64,000 nt of DNA from Candidatus Egerieimonas faecigallinarum (GCA_018712615.1 DVGS01000171.1:146-64145); one strand, 5' to 3'; numbered from the stretch's first letter, positions 10,209 to 20,065 are shown. Notes: generated by a model from the sequence alone, not told the origin. Program-made: numbers and translations.

Positions 10209-11825
10209 TTAAAACTCTTCCGGCGGGTCGTCTTCAACCTCCACCGGCATGTGAATCATATTTTTTAATATCTCATCCACGGAAATCTCGGACAGATTTC
10301 CGTTCTTGCCCGGGTCGGCGAGCACCATCTCCACCTCCACGGTCTTTCCGATACGCTCCCGGATGATCTCCTCGAGTTCCGCCTTCGCCTCCTCATCCCG
10401 GGTATACTTCCCGGCCAGCGGATTCGTAAACTCGACATAGAGCTTCGGCTCTCCGGTTTCGCCGTTATACTTCGGAACCGCGGTGTTCAGAAACTGCTTG
10501 AACATTCCCTCCGTGGTTCCCACAATGGAGCGCCACTGGGCGCGCACTTTCTTCAGATCCTCCGGCGCAGCCTTGGCTGGTTCAGATTGTTTTGCCGCAG
10601 CTGACGGCGCGGACGAAACCGTACTGTCCGCCGGGACGGGCGCGGGCGCCGCGGAAACGGCTGCCGGAATCCCATTCTCCATCTTCTCCTCCAGCACGCG
10701 CAGGCGGTCCAGGATAGAATCCATATTCGTCTCCATCGCCGGCCGGCACAGCTTAATCAGCGCGATCTCAACCAGCACACGCTTCTGCGAAGAATACCGG
10801 ATCTGACCGGAAAGCTCGGAGAACACGCGGATATACCGCATCAGCGTCTCCGGCTCCACCATCCGGCTCTCCTCCTGCATGCTCTGAAGCGTCTCGGTCG
10901 AGACATCCAGCACATCTTCTGTGCTGTCCGCGCTTCCCACAAGCAGCAGATTCCGCATATACCAGGTAAAGTCCGAGACGAACTGCGCCATCTCTTTTCC
11001 CCGGTTCACCAGCTCCTCCAAAAGCCTGATGCAGCCCACAACATCCTGTCTGAGCACGCAGCGCAGAAGATGGCTGAACACCTCTGTATCCACGGTGCCG
11101 AGCACATCCAGGACTTTGTCATACGTGAGCTTCTGATCCATGTAAAAGGCGATGCACTGATCCAGCAGACTCAGCGCGTCACGCATGGATCCGTCGCCCG
11201 CTTTTGCCACATAGCGCACCGCGCGTTCCTCTGCCTCCACGCCCTCAGCGTCCAGAAGCTCCTGCAGCCGAGCCGCGATCGTATCGATCGTGATGCGCCT
11301 GAAATCATAGCGCTGGCATCGGGACAGAATCGTGACCGGTATCTTGTGCGCCTCGGTAGTGGCAAGAATAAAGATGACATAAGAAGGAGGTTCCTCCAGT
11401 GTTTTCAGCAGGGCATTGAAGGCTCCTGTTGAAAGCATATGAACCTCGTCGATAATGTACACCTTATACTTTCCGCGGGTGGGACGGTAAGCCACCTCCT
11501 CGCGGATCTCACGGATATTATCGACGCCGTTGTTGGAAGCGGCGTCGATCTCTATCACATTCATGGACGTGCCCGCCTGGATGGCGCGGCACGTCTCACA
11601 TTCATTGCACGGACTGCCGTCTTTCGGATGCTCACAGTTGACTGCCTTTGCGAGGATCTTCGCCACTGTGGTCTTTCCGGTTCCTCTCGTTCCGCAGAAG
11701 AGGTACGCATGTCCGATGCGGTTTGCCTTCATCTGATTCTTCAGTGTTGTCACAATGTGTTCCTGTCCCTTGACGTCCTCAAAAGTGTCCGGGCGGAACT
11801 TACGGTAAAGAGCAGTATAGCTCAT
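10209..11825 (-). CDS. dnaX: DNA polymerase III subunit gamma/tau
   Basis: 538 aa with Walker A GTRGTGKTT, the CNxCxxC zinc module (CNECETC) and the SRCQRYDF sensor motif. Confidence 0.95.
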   Translation of the reverse strand: MSYTALYRKFRPDTFEDVKGQEHIVTTLKNQMKANRIGHAYLFCGTRGTGKTTVAKILAKAVNCEHPKDGSPCNECETCRAIQAGTSMNVIEIDAASNNGVDNIREIREEVAYRPTRGKYKVYIIDEVHMLSTGAFNALLKTLEEPPSYVIFILATTEAHKIPVTILSRCQRYDFRRITIDTIAARLQELLDAEGVEAEERAVRYVAKAGDGSMRDALSLLDQCIAFYMDQKLTYDKVLDVLGTVDTEVFSHLLRCVLRQDVVGCIRLLEELVNRGKEMAQFVSDFTWYMRNLLLVGSADSTEDVLDVSTETLQSMQEESRMVEPETLMRYIRVFSELSGQIRYSSQKRVLVEIALIKLCRPAMETNMDSILDRLRVLEEKMENGIPAAVSAAPAPVPADSTVSSAPSAAAKQSEPAKAAPEDLKKVRAQWRSIVGTTEGMFKQFLNTAVPKYNGETGEPKLYVEFTNPLAGKYTRDEEAKAELEEIIRERIGKTVEVEMVLADPGKNGNLSEISVDEILKNMIHMPVEVEDDPPEEF

Positions 11826-11843
11826 GGAATCTCTCCTTTATTG

Positions 11844-12923
11844 TCAGTCTCCGAAGCTGATTCCGATTCTCTTTGCATCCTTAATCTCCTGCGCGTCCGG
11901 CGTCACGGTTTTCAGCTTGCCCGCGCACTCCTCCAGAGGCACTTTCTTGGTCTTTCCATTCACCATTCCGACCATATAGCCGTACTCATCATTCAGGATC
12001 AGCTTCGCTGCCGCGGAACCGAGGCGTGTGGAAAGCACACGGTCATACGGACACGGACTTCCGCCTCTCTGGGTGTGTCCGGGAACTGTCACGCGGATCT
12101 CCATTCCCGTTCTCGCTTCAATATCCTTCGCAATCTTGTAAGAAATCGACGGATACTTCTTTGCGTATTCTTCCTGCTTCTTCTTGAGTTCCTTCTTCGG
12201 GAGCGCTGCGTCCTCCTTGGAGATCGCGCCCTCAGCTACGGCAAGAATCGTAAATCCGCTGCCTCTCTTCTTTCTCTTGTCGATCGCCTCCACAACCTTA
12301 TCGAGGTCATAGGGGATCTCAGGAATCAGGATTACGTCAGCGCCGCTGGCAATGCCCGCGTACAGCGTCAGCCAGCCCACCTTATGCCCCATTACTTCCA
12401 CGATAAATACGCGGTTATGGGAGGATGCCGTCGTATGGATGCAGTCAATCGCTTCAGTCGCAACGTTCACCGCACTGTAAAAGCCGAAGGTCATATCCGT
12501 GCCCCAGATATCATTATCAATCGTCTTCGGAAGGTGAATGATATTTAGCCCTTCCTCCCTGAGCAGGTTCGCGGTCTTCTGAGTGCCGTTGCCTCCCAGA
12601 ATTACCAGGCAGTCCAGGCGAAGCTTGTAATACGTCTGCTTCATCGCCTCCACCTTGTCGATCCCCTTCTCATCCGGCACGCGCATTAACTTGAAAGGCT
12701 GGCGGGACGTTCCCAGGATGGTGCCTCCTCTTGTGAGGATACCGGAGAAATCCCTGGATGTAAGCATCCGGTAATCGCCGTAGATCAGTCCCTTGTATCC
12801 GTTCATGAATCCATAGACTTCCAAATCCTCGATATTATTCGCCAGTCCTTTTACCACACCTCTCATGGTCGCGTTGAGCGCCTGGCAGTCTCCACCGCTA
12901 GTTAACAAACCAATTCGCTTCAT
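11844..12923 (-). CDS. pfkA: ATP-dependent 6-phosphofructokinase
   Basis: MKRIGLLTSGGDCQALNA, GGNGT, PKTIDNDI and MGHKVG motifs. Confidence 0.9.
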   Translation of the reverse strand: MKRIGLLTSGGDCQALNATMRGVVKGLANNIEDLEVYGFMNGYKGLIYGDYRMLTSRDFSGILTRGGTILGTSRQPFKLMRVPDEKGIDKVEAMKQTYYKLRLDCLVILGGNGTQKTANLLREEGLNIIHLPKTIDNDIWGTDMTFGFYSAVNVATEAIDCIHTTASSHNRVFIVEVMGHKVGWLTLYAGIASGADVILIPEIPYDLDKVVEAIDKRKKRGSGFTILAVAEGAISKEDAALPKKELKKKQEEYAKKYPSISYKIAKDIEARTGMEIRVTVPGHTQRGGSPCPYDRVLSTRLGSAAAKLILNDEYGYMVGMVNGKTKKVPLEECAGKLKTVTPDAQEIKDAKRIGISFGD

Positions 12924-13061
12924 GTGCTGCTAACCTTCCTTTCTTTCTTGTAACCCCTCTGCTTTCGTGGGTTCTGACCTTGGCCAGATCACGCAGATAC
13001 CTTTGTGAACCTGCTTCTCCATTATATCCTATTTTTTTCTCTACCACAACACCCATTCTCC

Positions 13062-14453
13062 TTATGCGTGCGGGATATTCGTATATTCGCTGATCTCCCT
13101 GCTGACTGTGCACAGATCCGCCGCAGAAAGATCGGACAGGCGCTCATGTCCTGTTACCCTCGCAAACATTTTAAGTTCCTCCAGAGATACTTTGAGGAAA
13201 TTCGCCACTCTCTGCGCCGCCGCTTCCCCGTTCAGCCGTGAACGCAGTTCCTTATCCTGCGAAGCGATTCCCACCGGGCACATACCTGTACCGCAGATCC
13301 GGTACTGCTGGCATCCGAGCGCGATCAGCGCTGCCGTCGCGACCGCGACCGCGTCTGCCCCCATCGCAATCGCCTTTGCAAAATCAGAGGAAACGCGCAG
13401 TCCGCCCGTGATGATCAGGCTGATATCGGAATGAATGGAATCCAGATATTTTCTTGCCCGATACAGGGCAAATACCGTGGGAACGCTCGACGATTCCCGC
13501 AGAAACAGCGGCGAAGATCCCGTGGCTCCTCCTCTGCCGTCGATTGTAATAAAATCCGGTTCCGCATATACGGCAAACTCCAGATCCTGCTCAATCCTTC
13601 CCGCGGCAAGCTTGATGCCAATGGGCCTTCCGTCCGACGCGAATCTGAGCTGGTCTACCAGCTCCTTCAAATCCTCTCTTGTCTCAATCCCCGGAAACCG
13701 CGCGGGTGCAATAACATCTTTCCCCATCGGCTTATTTCTGATACGGCTGATCTCCTCCGTTACCTTCTCGCCCGGAAGATGGCCTCCCATGCCCGGCTTC
13801 GTGCCCTGTCCGATCTTGATCTCAATAGCGTCCGCATTTCTCAAATTCTCCGGCGTTACGCTGTAACGGTTTCCCACATACTCAAAAATGTACTTGTCCG
13901 CTGCCGCCATCTCTTCCGGCAGGATTCCGCCCTCTCCGGAACACATCGCGCTGCCCGCCATTGCCGTGCCTTTTGCCAGAGCAACCTTCGCCTCCTTTGA
14001 GAGCGCGCCGAATGACATATGCGAGACATAGACCGGATTCTCCAGGATCATCGGCTTCCTGGCATGCTTTCCGATGACCGTTCTGGTCTCCACCGGCGCG
14101 GCTTCATCCAGAGGCATTGGGTTTAATTGGGCCCCCAGAAACAGAATATCGTCCCATGAGGGCATCACCATCTTCGTCCCCATTGCCGCAGAGATCGATT
14201 TCCCTGTCACCGCCATACGGTGTATCTCCTCCATATAGCGAATGGACGCGTCTGTCCGCGCGTACGCCTCAGGATAGTCCAGCTTTGCCGGCTCCTGCGG
14301 CTCCCGCACTGCCTTCTGCGGCTGTTCCTCATAAAGTTCAAACGCCTTCATGGGCTGGTGGCAGACCGGACACTCCTTCAGGGTGTCCAGCGGCGCTCCC
14401 TGCGCCTCCTCGTCATAAACAAATCCGCACACGCTGCATTTGTACTTTGCCAT
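13062..14453 (-). CDS. rubredoxin-fused FMN-binding glutamate synthase family protein (GltB domain-2-like)
   Basis: N-terminal rubredoxin-type CxxC...CPxC (KCSVCGFVYDEE...CPVCHQP) followed by a GltS FMN-domain-like sequence (GQGTKPGMGGHLPG, DGRGGATG). Confidence 0.8.
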   Translation of the reverse strand: MAKYKCSVCGFVYDEEAQGAPLDTLKECPVCHQPMKAFELYEEQPQKAVREPQEPAKLDYPEAYARTDASIRYMEEIHRMAVTGKSISAAMGTKMVMPSWDDILFLGAQLNPMPLDEAAPVETRTVIGKHARKPMILENPVYVSHMSFGALSKEAKVALAKGTAMAGSAMCSGEGGILPEEMAAADKYIFEYVGNRYSVTPENLRNADAIEIKIGQGTKPGMGGHLPGEKVTEEISRIRNKPMGKDVIAPARFPGIETREDLKELVDQLRFASDGRPIGIKLAAGRIEQDLEFAVYAEPDFITIDGRGGATGSSPLFLRESSSVPTVFALYRARKYLDSIHSDISLIITGGLRVSSDFAKAIAMGADAVAVATAALIALGCQQYRICGTGMCPVGIASQDKELRSRLNGEAAAQRVANFLKVSLEELKMFARVTGHERLSDLSAADLCTVSREISEYTNIPHA

Positions 14454-14594
14454 ATTGTCCTCCTCCCTGTATTGTTCTGAATTTATCTGTAGTTATTTTT
14501 TATTATAACGTATCATCCTGACAATCACCACTGTTTTCCATTATTATTTTAAATTATCTTTCATTACAGAATTTTCAAATTTTTTCAGCGCACA

Positions 14595-14623
14595 TTGACA
14601 TTCCGTCCATTTCATTGTATAAT
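14595..14623 (+). promoter_or_regulatory. consensus sigma-A promoter of the SRP RNA gene
   Basis: TTGACA (14595-14600), a 17-nt spacer, then TATAAT (14618-14623). The RNA 5' helix begins 4-7 nt downstream. Confidence 0.8.
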
Positions 14624-14626
14624 AAA

Positions 14627-14894
14627 GATCCGTGCAGCCGGGGAGATAGCGGTGCCCTGAACCTGCAATCCGCTACAGCAGGGGTGATACCAATCTGAGG
14701 GCTTTTCATTGTGGAGCTGCCCTTTATAAGTGGCGTTGACGTTTGGGTCTTACGCAACAGGAATCTGTGAACCGTGTCAGGACAGGAATGTAGCAGCACT
14801 AAGCAGAACCTCTTGTGTGCCGTAAGGGTGCCTGGGCCGAGTTAACTGTAGAGGTAACGTCCGGGATGGATCGCTCGAGGTGCGGTGCACGGAT
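14627..14894 (+). ncRNA. ffs: signal recognition particle RNA, long Bacillus type (with Alu domain)
   Basis: The 5' ATCCGTGCA pairs with the 3' TGCACGGAT. GGGGAGAUAGCGGUGCCCUGAACCUGCAAUCCGCU matches the recalled B. subtilis scRNA Alu-domain sequence. The domain IV motif GUCAGGACAGGAAUGUAGCAGC carries a GGAA tetraloop. Ends are approximate to +/-3 nt. Confidence 0.9.
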
Positions 14895-14954
14895 AAAAAA
14901 AGAAGACAGGCTGAGGACTCCGATATCGGAATCTTCACCCTGTCTTCTTTTTTC
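14895..14954. terminator. long bidirectional hairpin terminator shared by the SRP RNA (+) and azlD (-)
   Basis: Arms agaagacagg (14901-14910) and cctgtcttct (14939-14948) enclose the perfect 12-bp palindrome TCCGATATCGGA. An A-run lies 5' and a T-run 3'. Confidence 0.8.
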
Positions 14955-14955
14955 A

Positions 14956-15294
14956 TCAGACCGCAAACACATTCTGGATCAGAAGCATATAGCAGACCGT
15001 CCCTCCCGCAATGCTCAAAAGCGTATTGCGCTTCCACAGATGAAGGCCGGCGACCACACCCACCGATATCAGTTCCGCAATCCCGCTGGGATACTGTGTC
15101 AGATGAATCGACCGCAGACAGTAGACAACCAGCGTAGCCATCATGGCCGGCGGAAGGATCTTTCCCAGATATACCGCCGCATCCGGCATCTTCTGCCCTC
15201 TTCCGAAGAGCAGGAACGGCACGGCACGGATGAGAAGCGTCACCAATGCAGTCGTCAGAATCAGCAGCAGCGCGTATTCCCACTTAATCGGCAT
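14956..15294 (-). CDS. azlD: branched-chain amino acid transport protein AzlD
   Basis: 112-aa hydrophobic protein overlapping azlC by 11 nt, as is typical of the azlCD pair. Confidence 0.8.
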   Translation of the reverse strand: MPIKWEYALLLILTTALVTLLIRAVPFLLFGRGQKMPDAAVYLGKILPPAMMATLVVYCLRSIHLTQYPSGIAELISVGVVAGLHLWKRNTLLSIAGGTVCYMLLIQNVFAV

Positions 15295-15988
15295 CCCCTC
15301 TCACCTCCGTTTTCTCTTCAATCTTCCTTCTGCACAGCAGAAGAATCGTCACCGTCACAATCAGGGACGGCAGAATAAAGTTATCAGGACCCAGTAACAG
15401 CAGGAACGCGGTCGCTGAGATCAGTCCGCTCACTGCCGGAAGATGCGACTTCTCACTTCTCCACTGCTCCAGAAAAATCACTACAAACAGCGCGGTCATC
15501 GAAAAATCAATGCCGGTGGTGTCAAACGGAAGTATGCCGCCCACCGCGGCGCCCGCCACAGCCCCCGCCACCCAATACGCCTGATCGAACACCGCGATCA
15601 GAAACATCGCTTTCTTCTGATCCACCTTATCTTCCGGTCTGACAGAACAGAGCACGGAATACGTCTCATCCGTCAGAGAAAAGATCATATAGAAACACTT
15701 CTTCCCCATCGCTTTGAACTTCTCCACAAACGACAGTCCGTAGAAAATATGGCGGCTGTTGATCAGAAGCGTCATCGCCGCCGTCATCACGACTGAAGCT
15801 CCCGACGAAAGCAGCGTTACCAGCACAAACTGCATGGAACCCGCGTATACTATGAGACTTATAAGCAGGGACATCCACACCGGAAATCCCGCCTGCTGCA
15901 TCAGTATCCCAAACGCGATCCCCAAAAACACATAGCCGAACAGCACCGGCAGCGACTTCAGGAACGCATATCGAACCGTTGATTTCAT
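15284..15988 (-). CDS. azlC: AzlC family branched-chain amino acid permease component
   Basis: 234-aa polytopic membrane protein with an AzlC-like N-terminus (FLKSLPVLFGYVFLGIAFG). Confidence 0.8.
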   Translation of the reverse strand: MKSTVRYAFLKSLPVLFGYVFLGIAFGILMQQAGFPVWMSLLISLIVYAGSMQFVLVTLLSSGASVVMTAAMTLLINSRHIFYGLSFVEKFKAMGKKCFYMIFSLTDETYSVLCSVRPEDKVDQKKAMFLIAVFDQAYWVAGAVAGAAVGGILPFDTTGIDFSMTALFVVIFLEQWRSEKSHLPAVSGLISATAFLLLLGPDNFILPSLIVTVTILLLCRRKIEEKTEVRGDAD

Positions 15989-16030
15989 AATTCCCCCTTC
16001 AGATCAATGCGCTTTTTCTTCACACTGTTT

Positions 16031-16074
16031 TAAAAAAAGCAATAGACGGCAGCATCTTCTGACCATCTATTGCT
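16031..16074 (-). terminator. intrinsic terminator downstream of tRNA-Ser
   Basis: Minus-strand AGCAATAGA...TCTATTGCT stem followed by TTTTTTT. Confidence 0.7.
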
Positions 16075-16085
16075 TATGCATTCAG

Positions 16086-16173
16086 CGGAGACGGTGGGAT
16101 TCGAACCCACGTGCCCCGGATGGGACAAAATGATTTCGAGTCATTCCCGTTACGGCCTCTTCGGTACGTCTCC
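16086..16173 (-). tRNA. tRNA-Ser (anticodon CGA)
   Basis: Hand-folded cloverleaf with acceptor GGAGACG/CGTCTCC, anticodon stem AATGA/TCATT and loop CTCGAAA. It has a long variable arm and T-loop GTGGGTTCGAATCCCAC. No CCA is encoded. Confidence 0.9.
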
Positions 16174-16216
16174 AAAAAAATGTACTTATTTATTATAGTG
16201 CCAAAGCCCGTTTCCG

Positions 16217-16723
16217 TCAATTCTTTTCTCTTAATTTTTCCTCTTTCTTCATTTTTCGCAGCTTTCGGAAAAATTCGCTGAGCATCTCGCTGCACTCCTC
16301 TTCCATGACGCCGCGCGTTATCCGCACCTGATGATTGAACTGCGGCATCTCCAGAAGGTTGAGAACCGATCCCGCGCACCCGGCCTTGGGGTTCATGCTG
16401 CCGATCACCACCTCTGTGACACGGGCCTGGACGATAGCGCCGGCACACATCTGACAGGGCTCCAGCGTAATATACATGGTACATCCCTCCAGCCTCCAGT
16501 CGCCCAGTTTTCTGCTCGCCTTTCTGATCGCGTTCATTTCCGCGTGGGAGATCGTATTTTTATCCGTGTTTCTCCGATTGTAGCCCCGCGCGATGATCTT
16601 TCCCTCATATACGATCACGCAGCCAATGGGAACCTCCATAAGAGCCTCCGCCTTTCTCGCCTGGCGGATCGCCTCTTTCATATAATATTCATGCCCTCGC
16701 TCTTTTTCATTTGTTGCTCTCAT
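16217..16723 (-). CDS. tadA: tRNA adenosine(34) deaminase TadA
   Basis: HAEMNAI and PCQMCAGAI zinc-binding motifs, with YMKEAIRQA as in Bacillus TadA. An alternative start at 16681 is possible. Confidence 0.9.
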   Translation of the reverse strand: MRATNEKERGHEYYMKEAIRQARKAEALMEVPIGCVIVYEGKIIARGYNRRNTDKNTISHAEMNAIRKASRKLGDWRLEGCTMYITLEPCQMCAGAIVQARVTEVVIGSMNPKAGCAGSVLNLLEMPQFNHQVRITRGVMEEECSEMLSEFFRKLRKMKKEEKLREKN

Positions 16724-16805
16724 ACTTTCGGCCCTTTCCTCATACCTTTCTATAAGGACATCTGCCGCCGCTACGGCTGTGCAGCTTCCAGAAAGGATTT
16801 CTTAT

Positions 16806-17666
16806 ATGTCAGAATATCAAAGATTTGTTTCCTATCTCTACGAATACCACAAGGATATTAAAGGCGAAAACAGAGGATTTGTCAAGGTGGATTCCAGAGA
16901 CCGGCGCTGCCAGATCACCCTGCGCATCAGCGCCTTTTCCCTGCCGGACGGCGCATCCGCGGATATCTACGGCTTTCTGAGACAGCCCGGCGGAATCTCC
17001 GGCATTTTCCTGGGCAGGCTGCCCGCGGCCAACGGCTGTGTCTACGGCTCCATTCAGGTTGATCCGGAAAATCTCGGAGACAGCGGCACTTCTCTGCGGC
17101 AGCTCGGCGGCATGATCTTCTTTACCGACAACGGAAAGACCTACGCGACGCAGTGGGACGACAGCCCTATTCTGCCGTCTTCCTTCACTCAGAAAACGGC
17201 GGACACTGAACCGCTTCCCTCAGCTCCCCCTGAAACCGCGCTGCCGACAGACGCCGCCGGCCCCCAGGAGCTTCATATTGCCTCCTCTGACACCGAAGCG
17301 CCCGCTCCCCGGGAAGACCCCCGCCAGAAGCAGTGGCCGAAAATTCTCGAGACGTGGGAGTCTTTCTCGCCTTTCGGCGATGATGATATCGAAGACTGCG
17401 TCAAAATCACCCCCGGGGACTTTCCCGCGCTTCAGCGCATGGGCTGGTGCATCAGCCCTAACCAGTTTCTGCTGTACGGCTACTATAACTACCGCCACCT
17501 GCTCCTGGGGCGCACGAAAAGCTCCTGCATTCTGGGCGTCCCCGGCATCTATTCCGCGCGGGAGCAGTTCATGGCGGAACTCTTTGGATATTCTCACTTT
17601 AAGCCGTCCAGGGCAAACCTCGGGGAAAACGCGCGTTTCGGCTACTGGTATAGGACCATTGCGTAA
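16806..17666 (+). CDS. hypothetical protein (two domains joined by a Pro-rich linker)
   Basis: Start set at ATG 16806 (MSEYQRF), preceded by AAAGGA at 8 nt. No family recognised. Confidence 0.6.
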   Translation: MSEYQRFVSYLYEYHKDIKGENRGFVKVDSRDRRCQITLRISAFSLPDGASADIYGFLRQPGGISGIFLGRLPAANGCVYGSIQVDPENLGDSGTSLRQLGGMIFFTDNGKTYATQWDDSPILPSSFTQKTADTEPLPSAPPETALPTDAAGPQELHIASSDTEAPAPREDPRQKQWPKILETWESFSPFGDDDIEDCVKITPGDFPALQRMGWCISPNQFLLYGYYNYRHLLLGRTKSSCILGVPGIYSAREQFMAELFGYSHFKPSRANLGENARFGYWYRTIA

Positions 17667-17674
17667 TTCCCGCT

Positions 17675-18370
17675 CTACTCCACTCCCCGCACTTCCACCT
17701 GCGGAATATACTTCAAAAGCTGTGTTCGAAAGCGTTCGAGCTGCTCCCTGGAATATCCCGTAAATCCCGGCAATATCACAAATTCCGACTCCCGGTAACC
17801 CTGCAGGAAATACCTCCTGCAGCCCTTCAGCCATTTTCCTATAACCTCGAAGTCCTCCTTCTGATGAAACTCCCTCATCACCGTAGTTCGGAATTCATAA
17901 TCCACATGCTCCTCCATCAAAAACTCGATGGACTCCTGAATTTTCAGAATCTCCATCCCTTCCAGGCCGCAGACCTGCGGATACCTGGAAGGGGCTGCTT
18001 TGATATCCATGGCAACATAGTCCACCAGGCTCTCCTTCACCAGCATCTTGAGCACCTCCGGACGGTATCCGTTGGTATCCAGCTTTACCAGATAACCCAT
18101 TGACTTGATCCTCGTGATGAACGCGGGCAGTTCCCGCTGCAGCGTCGGTTCTCCGCCGGTGATGCACACTCCGTCCAGGACCCCCCTGCGCTTCTCGAGC
18201 ACCCGGAATACCTCTTCTTCCGGAACCACAGGTTCCCCGTCCGGATGCAGAACCAGATTTCCGTTATGGCAAAACGGGCAGCGGAAATTGCAGCCGCCAA
18301 AAAAGACCGTGCACGCCACTTTCCCCGGAAAATCCAGAAGTGTCAGCTTATTAAATCCATGTATCGTCAT
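17675..18370 (-). CDS. nrdG: anaerobic ribonucleoside-triphosphate reductase activating protein (radical SAM)
   Basis: The FGGCNFRCPFCHN cluster motif and GGEPTLQ are typical of NrdG-type activases. Confidence 0.8.
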   Translation of the reverse strand: MTIHGFNKLTLLDFPGKVACTVFFGGCNFRCPFCHNGNLVLHPDGEPVVPEEEVFRVLEKRRGVLDGVCITGGEPTLQRELPAFITRIKSMGYLVKLDTNGYRPEVLKMLVKESLVDYVAMDIKAAPSRYPQVCGLEGMEILKIQESIEFLMEEHVDYEFRTTVMREFHQKEDFEVIGKWLKGCRRYFLQGYRESEFVILPGFTGYSREQLERFRTQLLKYIPQVEVRGVE

Positions 18371-18532
18371 ACAGACCTCCTGCCGCGTAAAATCGGACGT
18401 TATGCGTCCTCTGCATCCATTTTACTATTCCCCGCAGCGGATTTCAACGCATTGCCGGATTTTCGATTGACTTTCGCGCTCATCTTCCATACAATGAAGG
18501 AAATCAAATCCCATCAGAAAGGAATTTCCATT

Positions 18533-19078
18533 ATGATAAAAAAATTAAAGCATTCGGCAGCTCTTCTCTGCCTGTCCGCAGCGCTTTGGCTCACAGGATG
18601 CGGCGCCGGGGAAAACGATTCCTCTTCCGGGCAGTTTTCCTCCTTTGTCGCAACCGCCACGGACGGAACCAGCGTTGATCAGGATATCCTGAAGAACTCC
18701 AAAGTCACCATGCTCAACGTCTGGGGAACTTTCTGCAGTCCCTGCCTCAATGAGATGCCCGACCTCGGAGAGCTTGCCGAAGAATACGACAGCTCGGACT
18801 TTCAGATCATCGGCATTGTGCTCGACACGGCCGATTCTTCCGGAGAGATCGTTCAGTCTCAGGTGGACAAGGCCCAGGAGCTGATCGAGCAGACCGGCGC
18901 CGATTACCTTCATCTGCTGCCCTCCCAGGGACTTCTGGAGAATCAGCTGAGCAGCGTCGTTTCGGTTCCCACCACATTTTTTGTGGATGCAGACGGCAAT
19001 ATCCTGCACAGGGTGAGCGGATCAAAAGAGAAAGACGACTGGAAATCCATCATCGACGACGTACTGGAGGAGAGATAA
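18533..19078 (+). CDS. TlpA/ResA-like thiol-disulfide oxidoreductase lipoprotein
   Basis: Lipobox (LWLTGCGAG) and thioredoxin-fold active site WGTFCSPC. Start at ATG 18533 after AGAAAGGAA. The track start at 18245 overlaps nrdG. Confidence 0.85.
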   Translation: MIKKLKHSAALLCLSAALWLTGCGAGENDSSSGQFSSFVATATDGTSVDQDILKNSKVTMLNVWGTFCSPCLNEMPDLGELAEEYDSSDFQIIGIVLDTADSSGEIVQSQVDKAQELIEQTGADYLHLLPSQGLLENQLSSVVSVPTTFFVDADGNILHRVSGSKEKDDWKSIIDDVLEER

Positions 19079-19086
19079 AAAACTCA

Positions 19087-19230
19087 ATGGAAAGAAAGAA
19101 GAACATCGCGGCAGCTCTTCTGGCTGCCGCCGGAATTTTACTGATTTTTGCCGGAATTCACCTCGGAGAAGCAGCCGAGGTCTGGTCCAAAGCGGCGCGC
19201 ATCTGTCTGGAGTGCATCGGCATTGGCTGA
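19087..19230 (+). CDS. small TM-anchored CxxC peptide (CD1871A-like family), 47 aa
   Basis: Below the ORF-track cutoff. Sequence is [47 protein letters not shown]: one TM helix plus a C-terminal CLEC. It sits between the TlpA-like and 4Fe-4S genes. Confidence 0.7.
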   Translation: MERKKNIAAALLAAAGILLIFAGIHLGEAAEVWSKAARICLECIGIG

Positions 19231-20065
19231 TTTTGCCGCCCGTCTGAGAAAACACATCCGTCTGACCGTGCAGCTCTGCTTCACCGCACTCACAAACGGA
19301 TACGTCAAAGGTTTCACCGAGGGCACAATTTACACCGGAAAGCTTAAAAATCTCTGCGTTCCGGGACTGAACTGCTATTCCTGCCCCGGCGCGCTCGGCG
19401 CCTGCCCTCTTGGTTCTCTGCAGTCCGCATTCGCCACGCCCGGCAGCCGCCTGCCGCTCTATCTCATCGGCTTTTTTCTGCTGGTGGGTTCTGCCTTCGG
19501 ACGCTTCGTGTGCGGCTGGCTGTGCCCCTTCGGGCTCATTCAGGATCTGCTTTATAAAATCCCGTTCTTTCGGAAGCGCAAGAACCTCCCCGGGCACCGT
19601 TTCCTGAAGTGGCTCAAATACGCAATCCTCGCCGGATTCGTCATTCTGCTGCCGCTTTTCGCTCTGGACGCCTACGGCATCGGCGCCCCGTACTTCTGCA
19701 AATACATATGCCCTTCCGGCACCCTCACGGCAGGCCTTCCTCTGGCGCTTCTGAACGAGGGAATCCGCGCGTCAGTCAGCTGGCTCTTCGCGTGGAAGAG
19801 CGTGCTTCTCATCGCGCTTATCATCCTCTCCCTCTGGGTATACAGGCCATTCTGCAAATATCTCTGCCCCCTGGGAGCTATCTACGGATTTTTCAACCCA
19901 ATCGCCTTCCGACGCTACCGCGTGGACAAAGCCGCCTGCATAAAATGCGCCGCCTGCCAGCACGCCTGCCCGGCCGATATCCAGGTATACGAAAAACCAA
20001 ATAGCATGGAATGTATCCGCTGCGGCAAATGCAAAAAAGCCTGCCCGCACGGGGCGATACGATGA
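19223..20065 (+). CDS. polytopic 4Fe-4S binding membrane protein (NapH/MauN-like)
   Basis: [30 protein letters not shown] and CKYLCPLG motifs plus two ferredoxin motifs ([24 protein letters not shown]). The probable TTG start at 19223 overlaps the stop of the small ORF (TTGGCTGA). The ORF-track ATG at 19148 lies inside the small ORF. Confidence 0.8.
   Translation: MADFAARLRKHIRLTVQLCFTALTNGYVKGFTEGTIYTGKLKNLCVPGLNCYSCPGALGACPLGSLQSAFATPGSRLPLYLIGFFLLVGSAFGRFVCGWLCPFGLIQDLLYKIPFFRKRKNLPGHRFLKWLKYAILAGFVILLPLFALDAYGIGAPYFCKYICPSGTLTAGLPLALLNEGIRASVSWLFAWKSVLLIALIILSLWVYRPFCKYLCPLGAIYGFFNPIAFRRYRVDKAACIKCAACQHACPADIQVYEKPNSMECIRCGKCKKACPHGAIR

Noticed and set aside
11439-12548. 369-aa ORF on the + strand
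   Set aside because: It is antisense to dnaX and pfkA. It has no SD and a low-complexity Arg/Leu-rich sequence.
14575-15378. ORFs 14575-14799 (-), 14777-15283 (-) and 14815-15378 (+)
   Set aside because: They overlap the SRP RNA gene, its terminator and azlD. The RNA has a consensus promoter and conserved SRP motifs, and azlD is the frame with membrane-protein character.
16074-16484. 136-aa ORF on the - strand
   Set aside because: It reads through tRNA-Ser and out of frame through tadA.
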